The notes under the pieces were generated by a model. That model searched no databases, was not told the DNA's origin, and saw nothing but the letters and a program-made list of their open reading frames with translations. Of a DNA stretch of 64,000 nt, positions 12,211 to 24,635 are shown in pieces. How positions within the stretch are numbered: the first letter of the stretch is position 1; the number at the start of each line of letters is the position of its first letter. The translations under genes and the position numbers were made by a program. Source of the DNA: Octopus sinensis (Eukaryota); the NCBI RefSeq assembly GCF_006345805.1, contig NC_043001.1:33356001-33420000 (forward strand), written 5' to 3'.

Positions 12211-12989
12211 TTGTTTAATATTTAAAATTTAGAATAATTCTTTCTAAGATTGATGTGATAATACATGAAATTCATTAAAAAATACAACGCTCAGTAGTTA
12301 AATATAAAATACTAAGCATTTGGGAAGCTACAAAGGAAAAAATTATCAAGTGATTTCATGTAATGTGGCGCCAGCTTACTTGGGATGTTAAACGCCAGCT
12401 ATGCCCCTTCCACCTCAAGAGTATTCAATCCGCAGTCTCCAAACTCATCCGACTTGTAAAATAGAGTTGGACGAGATTATTTGGGATCACTCGTCAAGAA
12501 GGTTTCATTGTCCCGAGACTGTTTTAAACGTAATTTGCACGAGAGCACCAGTTAACATACTGAAACACCTATTATGTAATTACTTTGGAAACCCTTTATC
12601 GTATCGGGGACCTAGTTCCGTCGATCTTTTCCCTTTTCGAAACAGGATTTGAACTATTTAAACACAAGCTATGGTCATTTTTATCAGCAAATACTAATGG
12701 AATCGATAATTCCTTTGCATGATCTACTCCGGTTTCAGTGGAATAAGGAGTGGACGTTGCAATGGGTACCACTTTAAGGTACATACGAGGGTCGGCTGAA
12801 AAAGTCATAAACTGAACAAGACATTCTCATGGAATGTGACCAAATGAAGTCTACTACAGCTTTATGAAGTGCCATTGGATAGAAGAAAGCCGTCAGAAAA
12901 CCTTTGTCCACGATCCGATTTCGATTCTCAAGTTTGACATTACAGATATCTTTGAAAAAGCACGAACGGTGTTACTTCAATCTTTTTCT

Positions 12990-13250
12990 TGAGCCCTTTG
13001 CTTCCTATAGAGAATAAGCCAGCGACGAGTTTTTCTCCGCTGTTCTCGATTCTGGAATATCTTCTCTGCTTGTCACCAGTTTGATCCCTGTTTTTCCAGC
13101 CCAGCCTCAGTATCTCGCCTCCAGCTATATGTGGGGCACCCTCTCTTCTGTCTCCCTTGTTGACTGCCAGTCAGAGTCTGACGTTTTCCTATTGGAAGAC
13201 CTTTCCCTCCGACGTCTTGCTGGTTTTGAATTACCATCGATGCTTCTGTA
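12990..13250 (-). mobile_element. RTE-clade LINE 3' coding fragment
   Basis: QGRQKRGCPTYSWRRDTEAGLEKQGSNW resembles the RTE C-terminal GKRKRGRP..TWRR motif. Confidence 0.6.
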
Positions 13251-13463
13251 ACTTTGCTTTTATTTTTCTGGGTACGGTTGTTAGCCCTATGCAACCCATT
13301 TTTACCACTGGAAGGGGATCCATATTAGTTTAGTCACTTTCTTTTGGTTTGCTCAGCATGGGAGGTCCTACTAGGATCTTGCGCTCTTGGGTTCATTGAA
13401 GTACACCAGCCACCACGACACAATAAGGAGTGAATCTTGCAGTGGGTACCATTTTAAGGTAGG

Positions 13464-14500
13464 TATGAGGGGCGGCTGAAAAGTTCACGGGCTGAACAAG
13501 ATACTCTCATGGAATGGAACCAAATGAAAATGTCTTTCAGCATAGTCTCCTTATGGCCCATACACTTCTTCCATCGGTGTTGCAGTGCTTGATTCCCATG
13601 GTGAAGAGGCTTTCATCCTGTTCGTCAAAGAAAGTCATCAACAGCAGGTATGATGTTACCATCATTACGATACTGATTCCCAGTCAAGCGTTTTTACATG
13701 TTGGGAAACATATGGTAGTCAAATGGAGCATAGTTTGATGGGGCCAAATCAAGAGAATAGAGGTGATCAACAAGTTCCAAGCCATAACCACGCACAGCAG
13801 CCTTTGAAACCAAGGACTTGAGCGCTGGAGCACTGTCCTGATGAAATAAAACCCTTTTCATCGGTTTTCCTGGGTGTTTGGTCTTGATAACCTTTTGTAA
13901 GTTGGTATAGTACTCCCTATTGATGGTGTGGCCCCTTTGAATATAGTCAATAAACACATTGCCTATTGCATCCCAAAAACCGAGACAATCACCTTTCCTG
14001 CTGATGAAATGACCTTGGCCTTCTTTGGAGTAGGTGAGAAGGGGTATTTCCACTGTATGGATTGTCTCTTTGTCTCTGGCTCAAAATGATGAACCCAACA
14101 CTCACCCTGGGTTAGGGAACGTTCAAGGAAATCGGCTGGATCTACCACAAACAATGTCAAATTTTGCCCTGATGTGATCAGACTAATGCACCTTTGATCA
14201 GATGCCAGAAGTCGTGACACCTACCGAACAGAAACCTTCGTCATGCCAAATTCTTAGTGCAGAATATTCTCAACTCTCTCACTGGATAGTCTATGGCATT
14301 GGCTATCTGATTTATTGTCAATTGCCCGTCATACGTCACCATGTGGTGAACATGGTCCCCACCTCGGTGGTGGCAATTGCAGGATATCCAGTCCTTGGGT
14401 CATCTTCAAGACTCTCCGTTCTTTTGTACTGTTGATAAATCTGGAGCATCATTCCCTAACGTAGCAACCATATCAACATGATTTTCCTTGGAGGCTAAAC
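13464..14500 (-). mobile_element. Decayed mariner transposase with one TIR
   Basis: Frameshifted MVATLGNDAP, WVHHFEPETKRQSIQW, SAGKV, LFHQDSAP, YSLDLAPS; TIR-like end at 13464. Confidence 0.85.
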
Positions 14501-15075
14501 CCTTTTTTTTTTTCTGTAGGTACTTGATAACACCACGATAAGAAATTCTCTCCATTTTCATGAGAAGTCGCTACTAGTTAGTTTTGAAGTCTTCTTTGAA
14601 CAGTCAAATGTCAGTTTACCTGGAAAGAAACAATGCACTTGTTAAAAAAGAAGGGTCGATATTAATGCATGCAAGATTTTGCAGCCCTAATGTCACTCCT
14701 TCAAAGCTAGCCTATGAAATTTCCAGCCCACTCTCTATGATTAAAATCTGAAAAATTTAGATTTTATCATGATAAAAACAACGTCGAAACAAATTTTACT
14801 GAATTCTCCCAGCAGCAATGTGACTCATAGTAAGTTATTTCTGTAGGTAAATAAATAAACAAATACATAAATAAGTGAATAAATATTCCCTTACTGGACA
14901 CACAAGTTTGAGAACGATGTTATCTTAAGGTAGTGAGCAACATTCTACTTCCTTCTCTTAGCTTTCTCCTAAGTGTCCCGTTTAGTATGTGTATTGTATG
15001 TATCCCATTCCTCTAACACCTGAGAAATACTGAATGATGTAGTACTTCCCACACAAAGAACATTCCAGAAATGAA

Positions 15076-15450
15076 TATACATACATACATACATACATAC
15101 ATACATACGTACATACATACATTCATACATACATACATACATTCATACATTCATAATACATACATACATACATTCATACATACATTCATACATGCATTCA
15201 AAGATACATACATACATACATACATACATACATTCATACATTCATACATACATACATACATACATACATTCATACATTCATAATACATACATACATACAT
15301 TCATACATACATTCATACATTCATACATACATACATACATTCATACATACATACATACATTCATACATACATACATACATACATACATACATACATACAT
15401 ACATTCATAATACATACATACATACATACATACATACATACATACATACA

Positions 15451-15480
<30 letters not shown>
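15076..15480. repeat. Compound (CATA)n/(CATT)n microsatellite
   Basis: Direct reading. Confidence 0.95.
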
Positions 15481-15481
<1 letters not shown>

Positions 15482-15558
15482 TAAATATGTGTGTGCGCGC
15501 GTACAAGTGAATGCACAAACGAAAGTGACACTCAACACATTTGGTAGGAGCTAATATA

Positions 15559-15601
<43 letters not shown>

Positions 15602-15677
15602 TGTACATATCAACATACACAGACATGTATATACATATATATATTCAGCTTCGTGACATTTTACTCACCAGACTGAG

Positions 15678-16645
15678 ACGGTGAGCTGGCAGAAAGGTTA
15701 GCATGCCGGTAGAAATGCGTAGCCGTATTTCGTCAGCCGTTACGTTCTGAGTTCAAATTCCACCGAGGTCGACTTTGCCTTTCATCCTTTCGGGGTCGAT
15801 AAATTAAGTACCAGTTATGCACTGGGGTCGATATAATCGACTTAATCCGTTTGTCTGTCCTTGTTTGTCCCCTCTGTGTTTAGCCCCTTGTGGGTAGTAA
15901 AGAAATAGGTATTTCGTCTGCCGCTACGTTCTGAGTTCAAATTCCGCCGATGTCGACTTTGCCTTTCATCCTTTCGGGGTCGATAAATTAAGTACCAGTT
16001 ATGCACTGGGGTCGATATAATCGACTTAATCCGTGTGTCTGTCCTTGTTTATCCTCTCTGTGTTTAGCCCCTTGTGGGTAGTAAAGAAATAGGTATTTCG
16101 TCTGCCGCTACGTTCTGAGTTCAAATTCCGCCGAGGTCGACTTTGCCTTTCATCCTTTCGGGGTCAATTAAATAAGTACCAGTTACACACTGGAGTCGAT
16201 GTAATCGACTTAATCCGTTTGTCTGTCCTTGTTTGTCCTCTCTGTGTTTAGCCTGTTGTTGGTAGTAAAGAAATAGGTAATTCGTCTGTCTTTACGTTCT
16301 GAGTTCAAATTCCACCGAGGTCGACTTTGCCTTTCATCCTTTCGGGGTCGATAAATTAAGTACGAGTTACGCACTGGGGTCGATGTAATCGACTTAATCC
16401 CTTTGTCTGTCTTTGATTGTCCCCTCGGGCCCTTGTGGGCAATAAAGAAATAAGACACGTTAGCATGCTGGGCGAAACGCTTAGCGGTAATTCGTCTGTC
16501 CTTACGTTCTGAGTTCAAATTACGCCTTTCATCCTTTCGGGGTCGACAAATTAAGTCCCAGTCAAGCAATGGGTCGATGTAATCAACTAACTCCCTCCTT
16601 CCCCAAAAAATTCCAGGCCTTGTGCCTAGAGTAGAAAAGATTATT
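15678..16645 (+). mobile_element. SINE family D array: one head, four 184-bp tandem units, then a partial unit with an alternative tail
   Basis: Unit starts at 15725, 15909, 16093, 16277; core gcctttcatcctttcggggtcgataaattaagtaccag resembles Nin/Deu-type SINE cores (from memory). Confidence 0.88.
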
Positions 16646-17540
16646 TCACCAGACTTAGCAAAAATAATAAATAAAAGTTACACTTTTGTTCCAAATCGTA
16701 TTCATTCGTAAATATCTTTCTTTTGTTTATTTATTTTTTTCTCTTTCATAGGACTAAATAAATTACTTCTCTGTCAAGGAGTGAGTGAGTGATTGCACAA
16801 AAATCTTTTATTTATTACTTATTTCAATCATTAGACTGCGGTCATGCTGGGATACCGACTTGCAAATATTTTAGTTGAATGAATTGCCATCAATAATTTT
16901 TTTTTAAAGCCTAGTACTTATTCTATCTTTTCTTTTGCCGATCCGCTAAGTTACAGGTTGTAAACATACCAACACCGGTTGTCAAGCGGTGGTGGGGGAC
17001 AAACACAGACACAACACGCACACACACACACACACACACAAAGACATATACACGGTTTTCTTCCAGTATCCATCTACCAAATGCACTCACAGGCATTTGG
17101 TCGGCTCGAGGCTATAGTAGAAGACACTTGCCCAAGGTGCCACGCAGTGGAAGTGAACCCGGAACCATGCGGTTGGGAAGTAAGCTTCTTACCACTCAGC
17201 CACGTCTGCACCTATGTATAATCATTAAACATCATACAATGACTTAAATTAATCTCTCGTAAAAATATTGTCAGACATTGAGTCATAAAGCTATTATAGT
17301 AATGCAATTAAGAAATCATTACAATCATTATAATCATTATACATTTTTAATTCCTTAATCCAGAATATTTTATAAGATCCTTTTATCACATTCATCTATT
17401 TTATAGTTTACTTTTTACTTGACGCCAGTACTCATATTTTTAAAGCCTATTACTTATTCTGTCTTCTTCTTTTGCCGAACCGCTAAGTTACGGAAACGTA
17501 AACAAAGCAACAACGATTCTCAGGCGTTGGTGGGTAATAA

Positions 17541-17571
<31 letters not shown>

Positions 17572-17919
17572 CGTATATTTCCGTCTATACTAGAGATGTT
17601 TCATGTATGCACCCGAATTATACCTGCTCTCACTCTCTACAAACATAGTTCTATAACCATTCATTGCAATATATTCTTTAGACAGAGTTTTTATTCTGTG
17701 GACTTTCATCTGGATGTAGGTTCACATCTATGCTAAGATATATTTTATCAATGTCAAATATATTTTGAAACATTTTTTTTTATCTGCGCTAACATATATT
17801 TCTTTACACTAAAATAAAATTTTGAGAAAATTGCCTCGTTATATATTCAGCCTCCTTTAAAAAAAAACTGCCAACCGTTTGAAAAAATTTTCAGTAAATG
17901 TTTCCGTGGTTCTACTTAC

Positions 17920-18022
17920 CTTCATCCATAGATGATAATGCTTCCATACATAAAGCATTTGAACTTTCCATAAAGCAATAGAACATGGAATGTAAGCTTC
18001 AGTGTTATGCGATTCTTTACAC
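17920..18022 (-). CDS. SEL1L3: SEL1L3 exon (CKESHNTEAYIPCSIALWKVQMLYVWKHYHLWMK)
   Basis: tttacag / GTAAGT, phase 2 to 0, C..S..EAYIPCS motif. Confidence 0.92.
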
Positions 18023-18588
18023 CTGTAAACGAATTCATTGAATACAAATGTTTGATTAGTTTTCTATACTTGACCTACATCAGTTACAGTAGAAACAGGT
18101 AAATATTTAGTTAGTGTTTTTTGTTTTGTTTTTTGTTTTAGCTGACCGACTTAAGTTTTGTATGGCAGAATGGACTGTCATCAATCAGCTCCAAAGCCAT
18201 TTCATTATATAAGATCGCATCAGAAAATAGAAACATTGTTTTGATTATTTAAAAAGACAAGACAGCGAAACTATCTCCCAGAAACTCGAAAACAGAAACT
18301 GTCAAATCTGAGCTTTCTCAAGCATTTTTTCCAAAATGTTTTTCTTTAGTAAGTAATGATTCTCTCAAAACATTATCCTGTGGAGGAATTACTTGATTCT
18401 ATTTTATTGAGAGTGTTTACATTAAGTCTGCCGTGGCTGTGTGGTAAGTAACTTGCTTACCAAACACATGGTTCCAGGTTCAGTCCCATTGCGTGGCACC
18501 TTGAGCAAGTGTCTTCTACTATAGCTTCGGGCAGACCAAAGCCATGTGAGTGGATTTGGTAGACGGAAACTGAAAGAAGCCCGTCGTA

Positions 18589-18636
<48 letters not shown>

Positions 18637-19252
18637 GCGTGTCTGTGTTTGTCCCCACCAACATCGCTTAACAACTGATGCTGGTGTGTTTATGTTCCCG
18701 TAACTTAGCGGTTCAGCAAAAGAGACCGATAGAATAAGTACTAGGCTCACAAAGAATAAGTCCTGGGGGTCGATTTGCTCGACTAAAGGCGGTGCTCCAG
18801 CATGGCCACAGTCAAATGATTGAAACAAGTAAAAGAGTAAAGAGAGAGAATGTTGCCGTTGAACCTTGGTGTCTCTTTAGAGCTAGGCAGAGTGAATTAT
18901 CGAAAGATGTCTTACTCATGGCCACATTCGAAAGAGATGGTCATGACGAATTACAATTCAGCAGTTAGATATGGTTCATTCATAACATATATATAACTGT
19001 ACGTTAAATTCAGAGAGACTGGATTATCTATATATCTACATGTTATACTTAGTGTTTTACTCTTTTACTTGTTTCAGTCATGGAGCACCGCCTTTAATCG
19101 AGCAACTCGACCCCGGGACTTATACTTTGTAAGCCTAGTACTTATTCTATCGGTCTCTTTTGCCGAACCGCTAAGTGTCGGGGACATAGACACACCAGCA
19201 TAGGTTGTCAAGCAATGCTAGGGGGACAAACACAGACACACAAACATACACG

Positions 19253-19290
<38 letters not shown>

Positions 19291-19887
19291 CGACGGACTT
19301 CTTTCAGTTTCTGTCTATCAAATCATAAGGCTTTGGTCGGCCTGGGGCTATAGTAGAAGACACTTACCCAAGGTGCCACGCGGTGGGACTGAACCCGAAA
19401 CCATGTGGTTGGCAAGCAAGCTACTTACCACACAGCCACTCCTGCACCTTTTCTTGAACTTTTTTTTGATGAACTTGATTACTCAGCCTCTCTGGTCTTT
19501 CGACCTTTAAAAGAAGTAACTAAATCGTTATTAAATAGAGAGAAGACGCGTTGGATTATCCACTTCTGAATACAGTAAAAAAAAATAGTATGTGATTGTT
19601 GTGACAGGAATACTTTTGCTCATAGCTGATGTCGGGCAAAACTAGAGTGTTGCAGAAAGGTTGCCCCGATTTTAAAGGTTAAAATACAAACACATGGAAA
19701 CGCATGAAAAAACTTTGTATTTCTATGAAGTTCATTAAATGCCATTTTTTTTTTTTTTTTGCAGGTAGAATCCACCATGGCCGGGAGTGGAGAGCGACGA
19801 TTTTTTCTTGTATCTTCATGTGTTTATTTTTTTATTTGCCTTTGAAATCGGGGGAGCCTTTCTGCTGCACCCTGTATAACACACCTA

Positions 19888-20672
19888 GGATCTTTTCCTT
19901 TTGAACGGCAGTTTTCAACACAATTTCTAGTCAACTAAACACTTTTAAACTTCGTATGATGGTAGAATGTGTCAAAATAAAACATTTTTTTCTCTTGGCT
20001 TTCTTGAGAAAATTGTAATTTGTAAGTTTAACGTAGTTTAATTTTTCGAATTTTAACCAATCGATGGCTTCTTTTGAGCTAAAATCATTTGCTGCGTCTA
20101 AAACTGAGACAACATCCTGTCACTGTTATGTTTACGTTCGGAAAGCGTGTGTATAAAATTATGGAATTATTTTGTTTGTTAATTGTTTAAATTATTTTCC
20201 ATTGCTTTCGTTTTAGCCTTTCGTTTTTTTTTCTTAAGCAATGGAAATTAGTTTAAACAATACACGTGTATCTCAAAACAAAAACAAAACGAATAATTTT
20301 AGACACACGCGTAACAATTAAATTAATTTAACAATTAAGAAAAAAAAACGAAAGGCTAAAATTTAGAGTTAGGGTTAGGGATAGTATTAGGGTTAGTGTT
20401 AGAATTAGGGTTAGTGTAGGTTAGGGTTAGGGTCAGTGACAGGATGTAGTCTCAGTTTTAGACGCAGCAAATGATTTTAGCTCAATAGAGGCCATAGGAT
20501 TGGTTAAAATTCGAAAAACTAAACTACGTTAAACTTACAAATTACAATTTTCTCAAGAAAACCAAAAGAAAAAAATGTTTTATTTTGACACATTCTACCA
20601 GTATACGAAGTTTAAAAATGTTTAGTTAACTAGAAATTATGTTGAAAACTGCCGTTCAAAAGGAAAAGATCC
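19888..20672. mobile_element. MITE with ~235-bp TIRs (GGATCTTTTCC...), 8-bp TSD CACACCTA and internal TTAGGG-like repeats
   Basis: Imperfect long inverted arms; TSD at 19880-19887 and 20673-20680. Confidence 0.88.
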
Positions 20673-20733
20673 CACACCTATAACAATTGCACTCACTCTT
20701 TACAATATATTTCTATAAAATAAAGATACGCAC

Positions 20734-20861
20734 CGATTGTAAAGTTCAAATATCAGAGATATGTTGCTTTTTCCGACTTCTAAAGGTAGTCCTAGTCTTT
20801 TTAGGTCGGTTTCTTTAAGTTGTACCCCTTCTTCTACCATTTGTGCAAGACTGAAAATGCC
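20734..20861 (-). CDS. SEL1L3: SEL1L3 exon (GIFSLAQMVEERVQLKETDLKRLGLPLEVGKSNISLIFELYN)
   Basis: cttttcag / GTGCGT, phase 0 to 2. Confidence 0.9.
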
Positions 20862-21689
20862 CTGAAAAGTTTAAATATTAAAAGTATTAAATATTAACAA
20901 ATATGTACAAAAAATGTTTTTCTTCTTTCGGAATATTGAGTATTTCATAGATTATTAGAACATTCGTTCGGGAAAATGAAAGGCAAAGTCAAACCCCAAC
21001 AAACAATTGAACAAACACATGAGTATCAAATAATTTAAAGCTATCTAATAATATAATTTCCTATCCCCCTCAGTATTTATATTAAACACATTACAACATA
21101 TATTATTTTCTATAGTAGTTTTCTTTCTTATTGATCGATTGTTAAATAAAGCGGTGGTGTAACAAAAACAATGCTGTCTGGGACTTAATGCTTTTTTCTT
21201 TTCTTTCTTTTTCAGAGGATTTTTTGCTTTGTTTTTGTTTTGTTTGGTTTTTTTGGGGGGGGGGGCTTTTCTTTTCTTAATAAGGCGGTGAGTTGGCAGA
21301 ATCGTTAGCACGCCGGGCAAAATGCTTAGAGGCATTTCGTCCGTCTTTACGTTCTGAGTTCAAATTCCTCCGAGGTCGACTTTTCGGAGTCGATAAAATA
21401 CGTACCAGTTGAACACTGGGGTCGATTTAATCGATTTAGTCCCTGCCCGCAAACTGCTGGCCTTGTGTCAAAATTCAGAACTCAGTACTCGACCATTACT
21501 TTGCTTTCCAGCCTTTCTATTTCAGTTGTCACAATCAATTCAATCAACTAAAACCCTTCCCTCGGTAAAATATAACCATAGTTACATTAAAGTGGTAGAG
21601 TCCTATTCTTTCTTTTGAGGACCACAACTCATAAGAACTCAACTTTATCAGGGTTTTTAGATTTCCTCGCCTGCTAAGGATCAAACTGA

Positions 21690-22480
21690 ACACCAATCCC
21701 GCCAGTCATGTAGGACCGAAATCTGTGCCAGGTATATTGCCTCATCTTTATGCCTCAGTCAGTCTACCTGAATGTTAAGCCACCACACTTATACCCAGCA
21801 GACGATCTGCGACAAAGTACAGACGACTGGCTGGCTGGATACTAAGAACATTCAGAACCAAAGAGAAGGAAACCATGATGGTCCTCTAGAAAACATTCGT
21901 CCTCGGCCGCCTGGTCACCCTGAAATGCTAAAATTAACTGCGGACCTTGAAGCAATCCAGCAAAGCTTCACAAAGAAGATCGTCTCATTGCAACAACTCA
22001 GCTACTGGGGAAAAGCTGAAAGAAAAAAGACTCTCCTCCTTGGAGCGAAAGCGGGAGAGATGAGCAGTGATATACATCTGGAAGATACTGGAAGGTATTG
22101 TGTCAAATTTTGGCATTGAAAGCTACGCAAATGTCAGAACGAGTCACCACTGCACAGTGCCAAAGATCCCAACAATGCCATCGCGCTTCAGGACCAGTTA
22201 CTGCAACAACCTGGGTTTTAGGGGCCCACAGGATTTGAATATTCCCCCAAAGAGCCTGGGGCACCTACACAAAATGGGTGTAGGTGTTTTAAAATCAAAA
22301 CTGGATCTCTCCCTTCGGGAATTCCTGACGAACCTCCCTCGCAACAGGGGCGCAAATGAGGGTAGCGACTTCAAACTCCCTTATTCACCAAATGCCTCAT
22401 ATCAGAGGAAGCTCTCAATAATAAGAGTGAAGCAAAACGGCGGTGCCTCAGCATGGCCACGGCTTTGAGCTGGAACTGAT
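21690..22480 (+). mobile_element. CR1/L2-type LINE RT 3' end, degenerate
   Basis: LEAIQQSFTKKI..LSYW.., IYIWKILEGIVSNFGI, FKSKLD-like motif; frameshifted. Confidence 0.75.
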
Positions 22481-22508
22481 AAAACAATATATGTGTGTGT
22501 GTGTGTGA

Positions 22509-22826
22509 GGGCGCGTGGCTTAGTGGTTAGGGCATTCGGCTCATGATCGTAAGGTTGTGAGTTCGATTCCCGGCGACGCGTTGTGTCCTTGAGCAAGACA
22601 CTTTATTTCACGTTGCTCCAGTCCACTCAGCTGGCAAAAATGAGTTGTACTTGTATTTCAAAGGGTCAGCCTTGTCACTCTCTGTGTCACGCTGATTATC
22701 CCCGAGAACTACGTTAAGGGTACACGTGTCTGTGGAATGCTCAGCTATTTGCACGTTAATTTCATGAGCAAGCTGTTCCGTTGATCGTATCAGCTGGGAC
22801 CCTCGTCGTCGTAACCGGCGGAGTCT
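22509..22826 (+). mobile_element. tRNA-headed SINE, family C (also duplicated in the 5055-6044 palindrome)
   Basis: gggcgcgtggcttagtggttaggg...gagttcgattcccgg...ccttgagcaagacacttt. Confidence 0.8.
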
Positions 22827-22919
22827 TTAAGGGAGAGATATGTGTGTGTGTATATATGTATGTGCGTATGTATGTATATGTGTGTGTATGTTGTATGTAT
22901 GTATGTATGTATGTATGTT

Positions 22920-23337
22920 AATTTCATATTCGTATCTAAGAAAACGTTTTTCATTTAATTCTAGTTACTTTTGTTTTAGTGTTTACATATTTTCTTTACA
23001 AACAGGATATTAGCTTAACCGCACATTGCTTGAATTCCGTCTTCTCTCGTTCGACATTTTATTTTTAGGTATCTTGTCCGATCTCAGCACAAATTGTCAG
23101 TATCTATTATACGCCCCTTTTTGTTTTGTCTTTTTTTGACATATTCTTATCCATTGTTTATTATCATTAAATAATTTTTAAAACGGAAAAATGGATTCCT
23201 GTTTTCTAATTTTACACAAGACAATGACATTCCATTTTAAGACTCAATATCCTGTTTGTAAAGAAAATATGTAACCACTAAAACAAAAGTAACTAGAATG
23301 AAATTAAAGAGGCTTTTATAGGCGCGGATATGAAATT
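22920..23337. repeat. Old MITE-like inverted repeat
   Basis: ..tctagttacttttgttttagtgtttacatattttctttacaaacaggatatt / aatatcctgtttgtaaagaaaatatgtaaccactaaaacaaaagtaactaga.. Confidence 0.65.
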
Positions 23338-23839
23338 AAAATTACCTAAGTAGAATATGACATTTAAGTTTGTGAAAACTATTTTACTTAATACTTAAAA
23401 CAATGGTTTTGCTCAGAACGAAATACAATCAAGTGAATAGCTTAACAAAAAGGAGTTTGTCAGCAGAGTCAGACATCTCAAGAACTGCTTGAGTTTCCCT
23501 GTTTACATTACATTCAACAAAGAGAAGACAAAGCCGAAGAGAATATGTCTTTGTGAACACTAAATTTATATGTGTGTGGTTTGTGTGTGTGTGTGTACAA
23601 ACACATTCTTGCACGTACACGTGGGTGATCAGATCGTTTCAATTATTTTATACAGTCGTAAACTCATTTTGTGGGGATGGGAATTTTATGATCAATTAAA
23701 TCGATTTCAGAATATTTGTAATTTTTAAGTCATCGAAATAAGATGAATAGAAGATAGGATCTGGATTCACAGTCATACCTGAAAATGATTTGGATTCAAA
23801 ACAGTATGACACAAAAATATACTTAAATATTATAAAATA

Positions 23840-24354
23840 CTAGCAGTATCGCCCGGCGTTGCTCGGGTTTCTAAGGGAAATAACTATTTAAGCATTTTTA
23901 GAGGGTTACTTCCCTTATAGATGCCAATTCGGGCTTTCTTAGCCATTTCTGTTTTGGTGTCTTCAAGCCATGAAGTCGTTGTTCTAAAAGAACGCTGGTC
24001 TCCTTGACAACGCTTTACGACGTTGATTTCCTTACACTCCCTTCCCCACAGCTTCACGAGGGAGGGAAGAAGGGGGGAGAAGCAAACAGGTGCAGGTGTG
24101 ACCATGGACGCCAACTCCGCTGCCATCGACCACGAACAAAATTATGCATTAAAATGGAATAAAAAATGATGTTAAATTATTTTAAAAATCGTAGACTCAT
24201 CGTAGACGCGCGCTAATACTCAGACGGGCTCAATATGAATCACGACTATAAGATACCCGAATTTGGTTAAACTGCACCGCAAAATGTGGGAGTAGTTAGG
24301 AATCTAAATCGAAGGGGACAGACACTCACACAACTACAGCTTTATATATATAGA
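23840..24354 (-). mobile_element. Non-autonomous Helitron, family 2
   Basis: On minus: A|TCtatata...cccg-agcaacgc-cggg hairpin...CTAG|T; homologous to 59151-59546. Confidence 0.75.
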
Positions 24355-24528
24355 TATCTAGTGAGCTCAATCCAGTTTGGGAGAAATGAGACACGTAACT
24401 TAAGCACCTATGACATGAAAAGTTATCTAAAGACGCTTGATTTCAAGTTCGTCCGGAAGATTGCTTATCTGAGGTAAAATAAGGGACAGTAGAAAATAAA
24501 AGGGGAATTAGAAATCAAATATACTTAC

Positions 24529-24635
24529 ATGAGGAGATCCTTTAGAAGCCGCCCCCATGTAGAATTGCGTTGCCTTAGTGAGATCCTGCTTACCACCACA
24601 GCCGTACCAGTTATAATCTCCCATTTTTAGTAGCG
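24529..24635 (-). CDS. SEL1L3: SEL1L3 exon (LLKMGDYNWYGCGGKQDLTKATQFYMGAASKGSPH)
   Basis: cctgtag / GTAAGT, phase 1 to 0, Sel1 repeat. Confidence 0.93.

Noticed and set aside
15725-16450. Regular repeat array as a possible CRISPR
   Set aside because: Whole 184-bp units repeat with no unique spacers, no cas genes, and a eukaryotic context.
20364-20433. TTAGGG repeats as a telomere or fusion scar
   Set aside because: Short, degenerate and enclosed within a MITE that has a TSD.
22509-22585. tRNA-like sequences (also 861, 6308, 45954 and SINE A heads)
   Set aside because: They have A/B boxes but no complete cloverleaf, and run into shared repeat bodies; these are SINE heads, not tRNA genes.
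23429-23620. Minus-strand ORF between Sel1 exons
   Set aside because: No donor before the stop; the expected peptide is supplied by exon 20734-20861.
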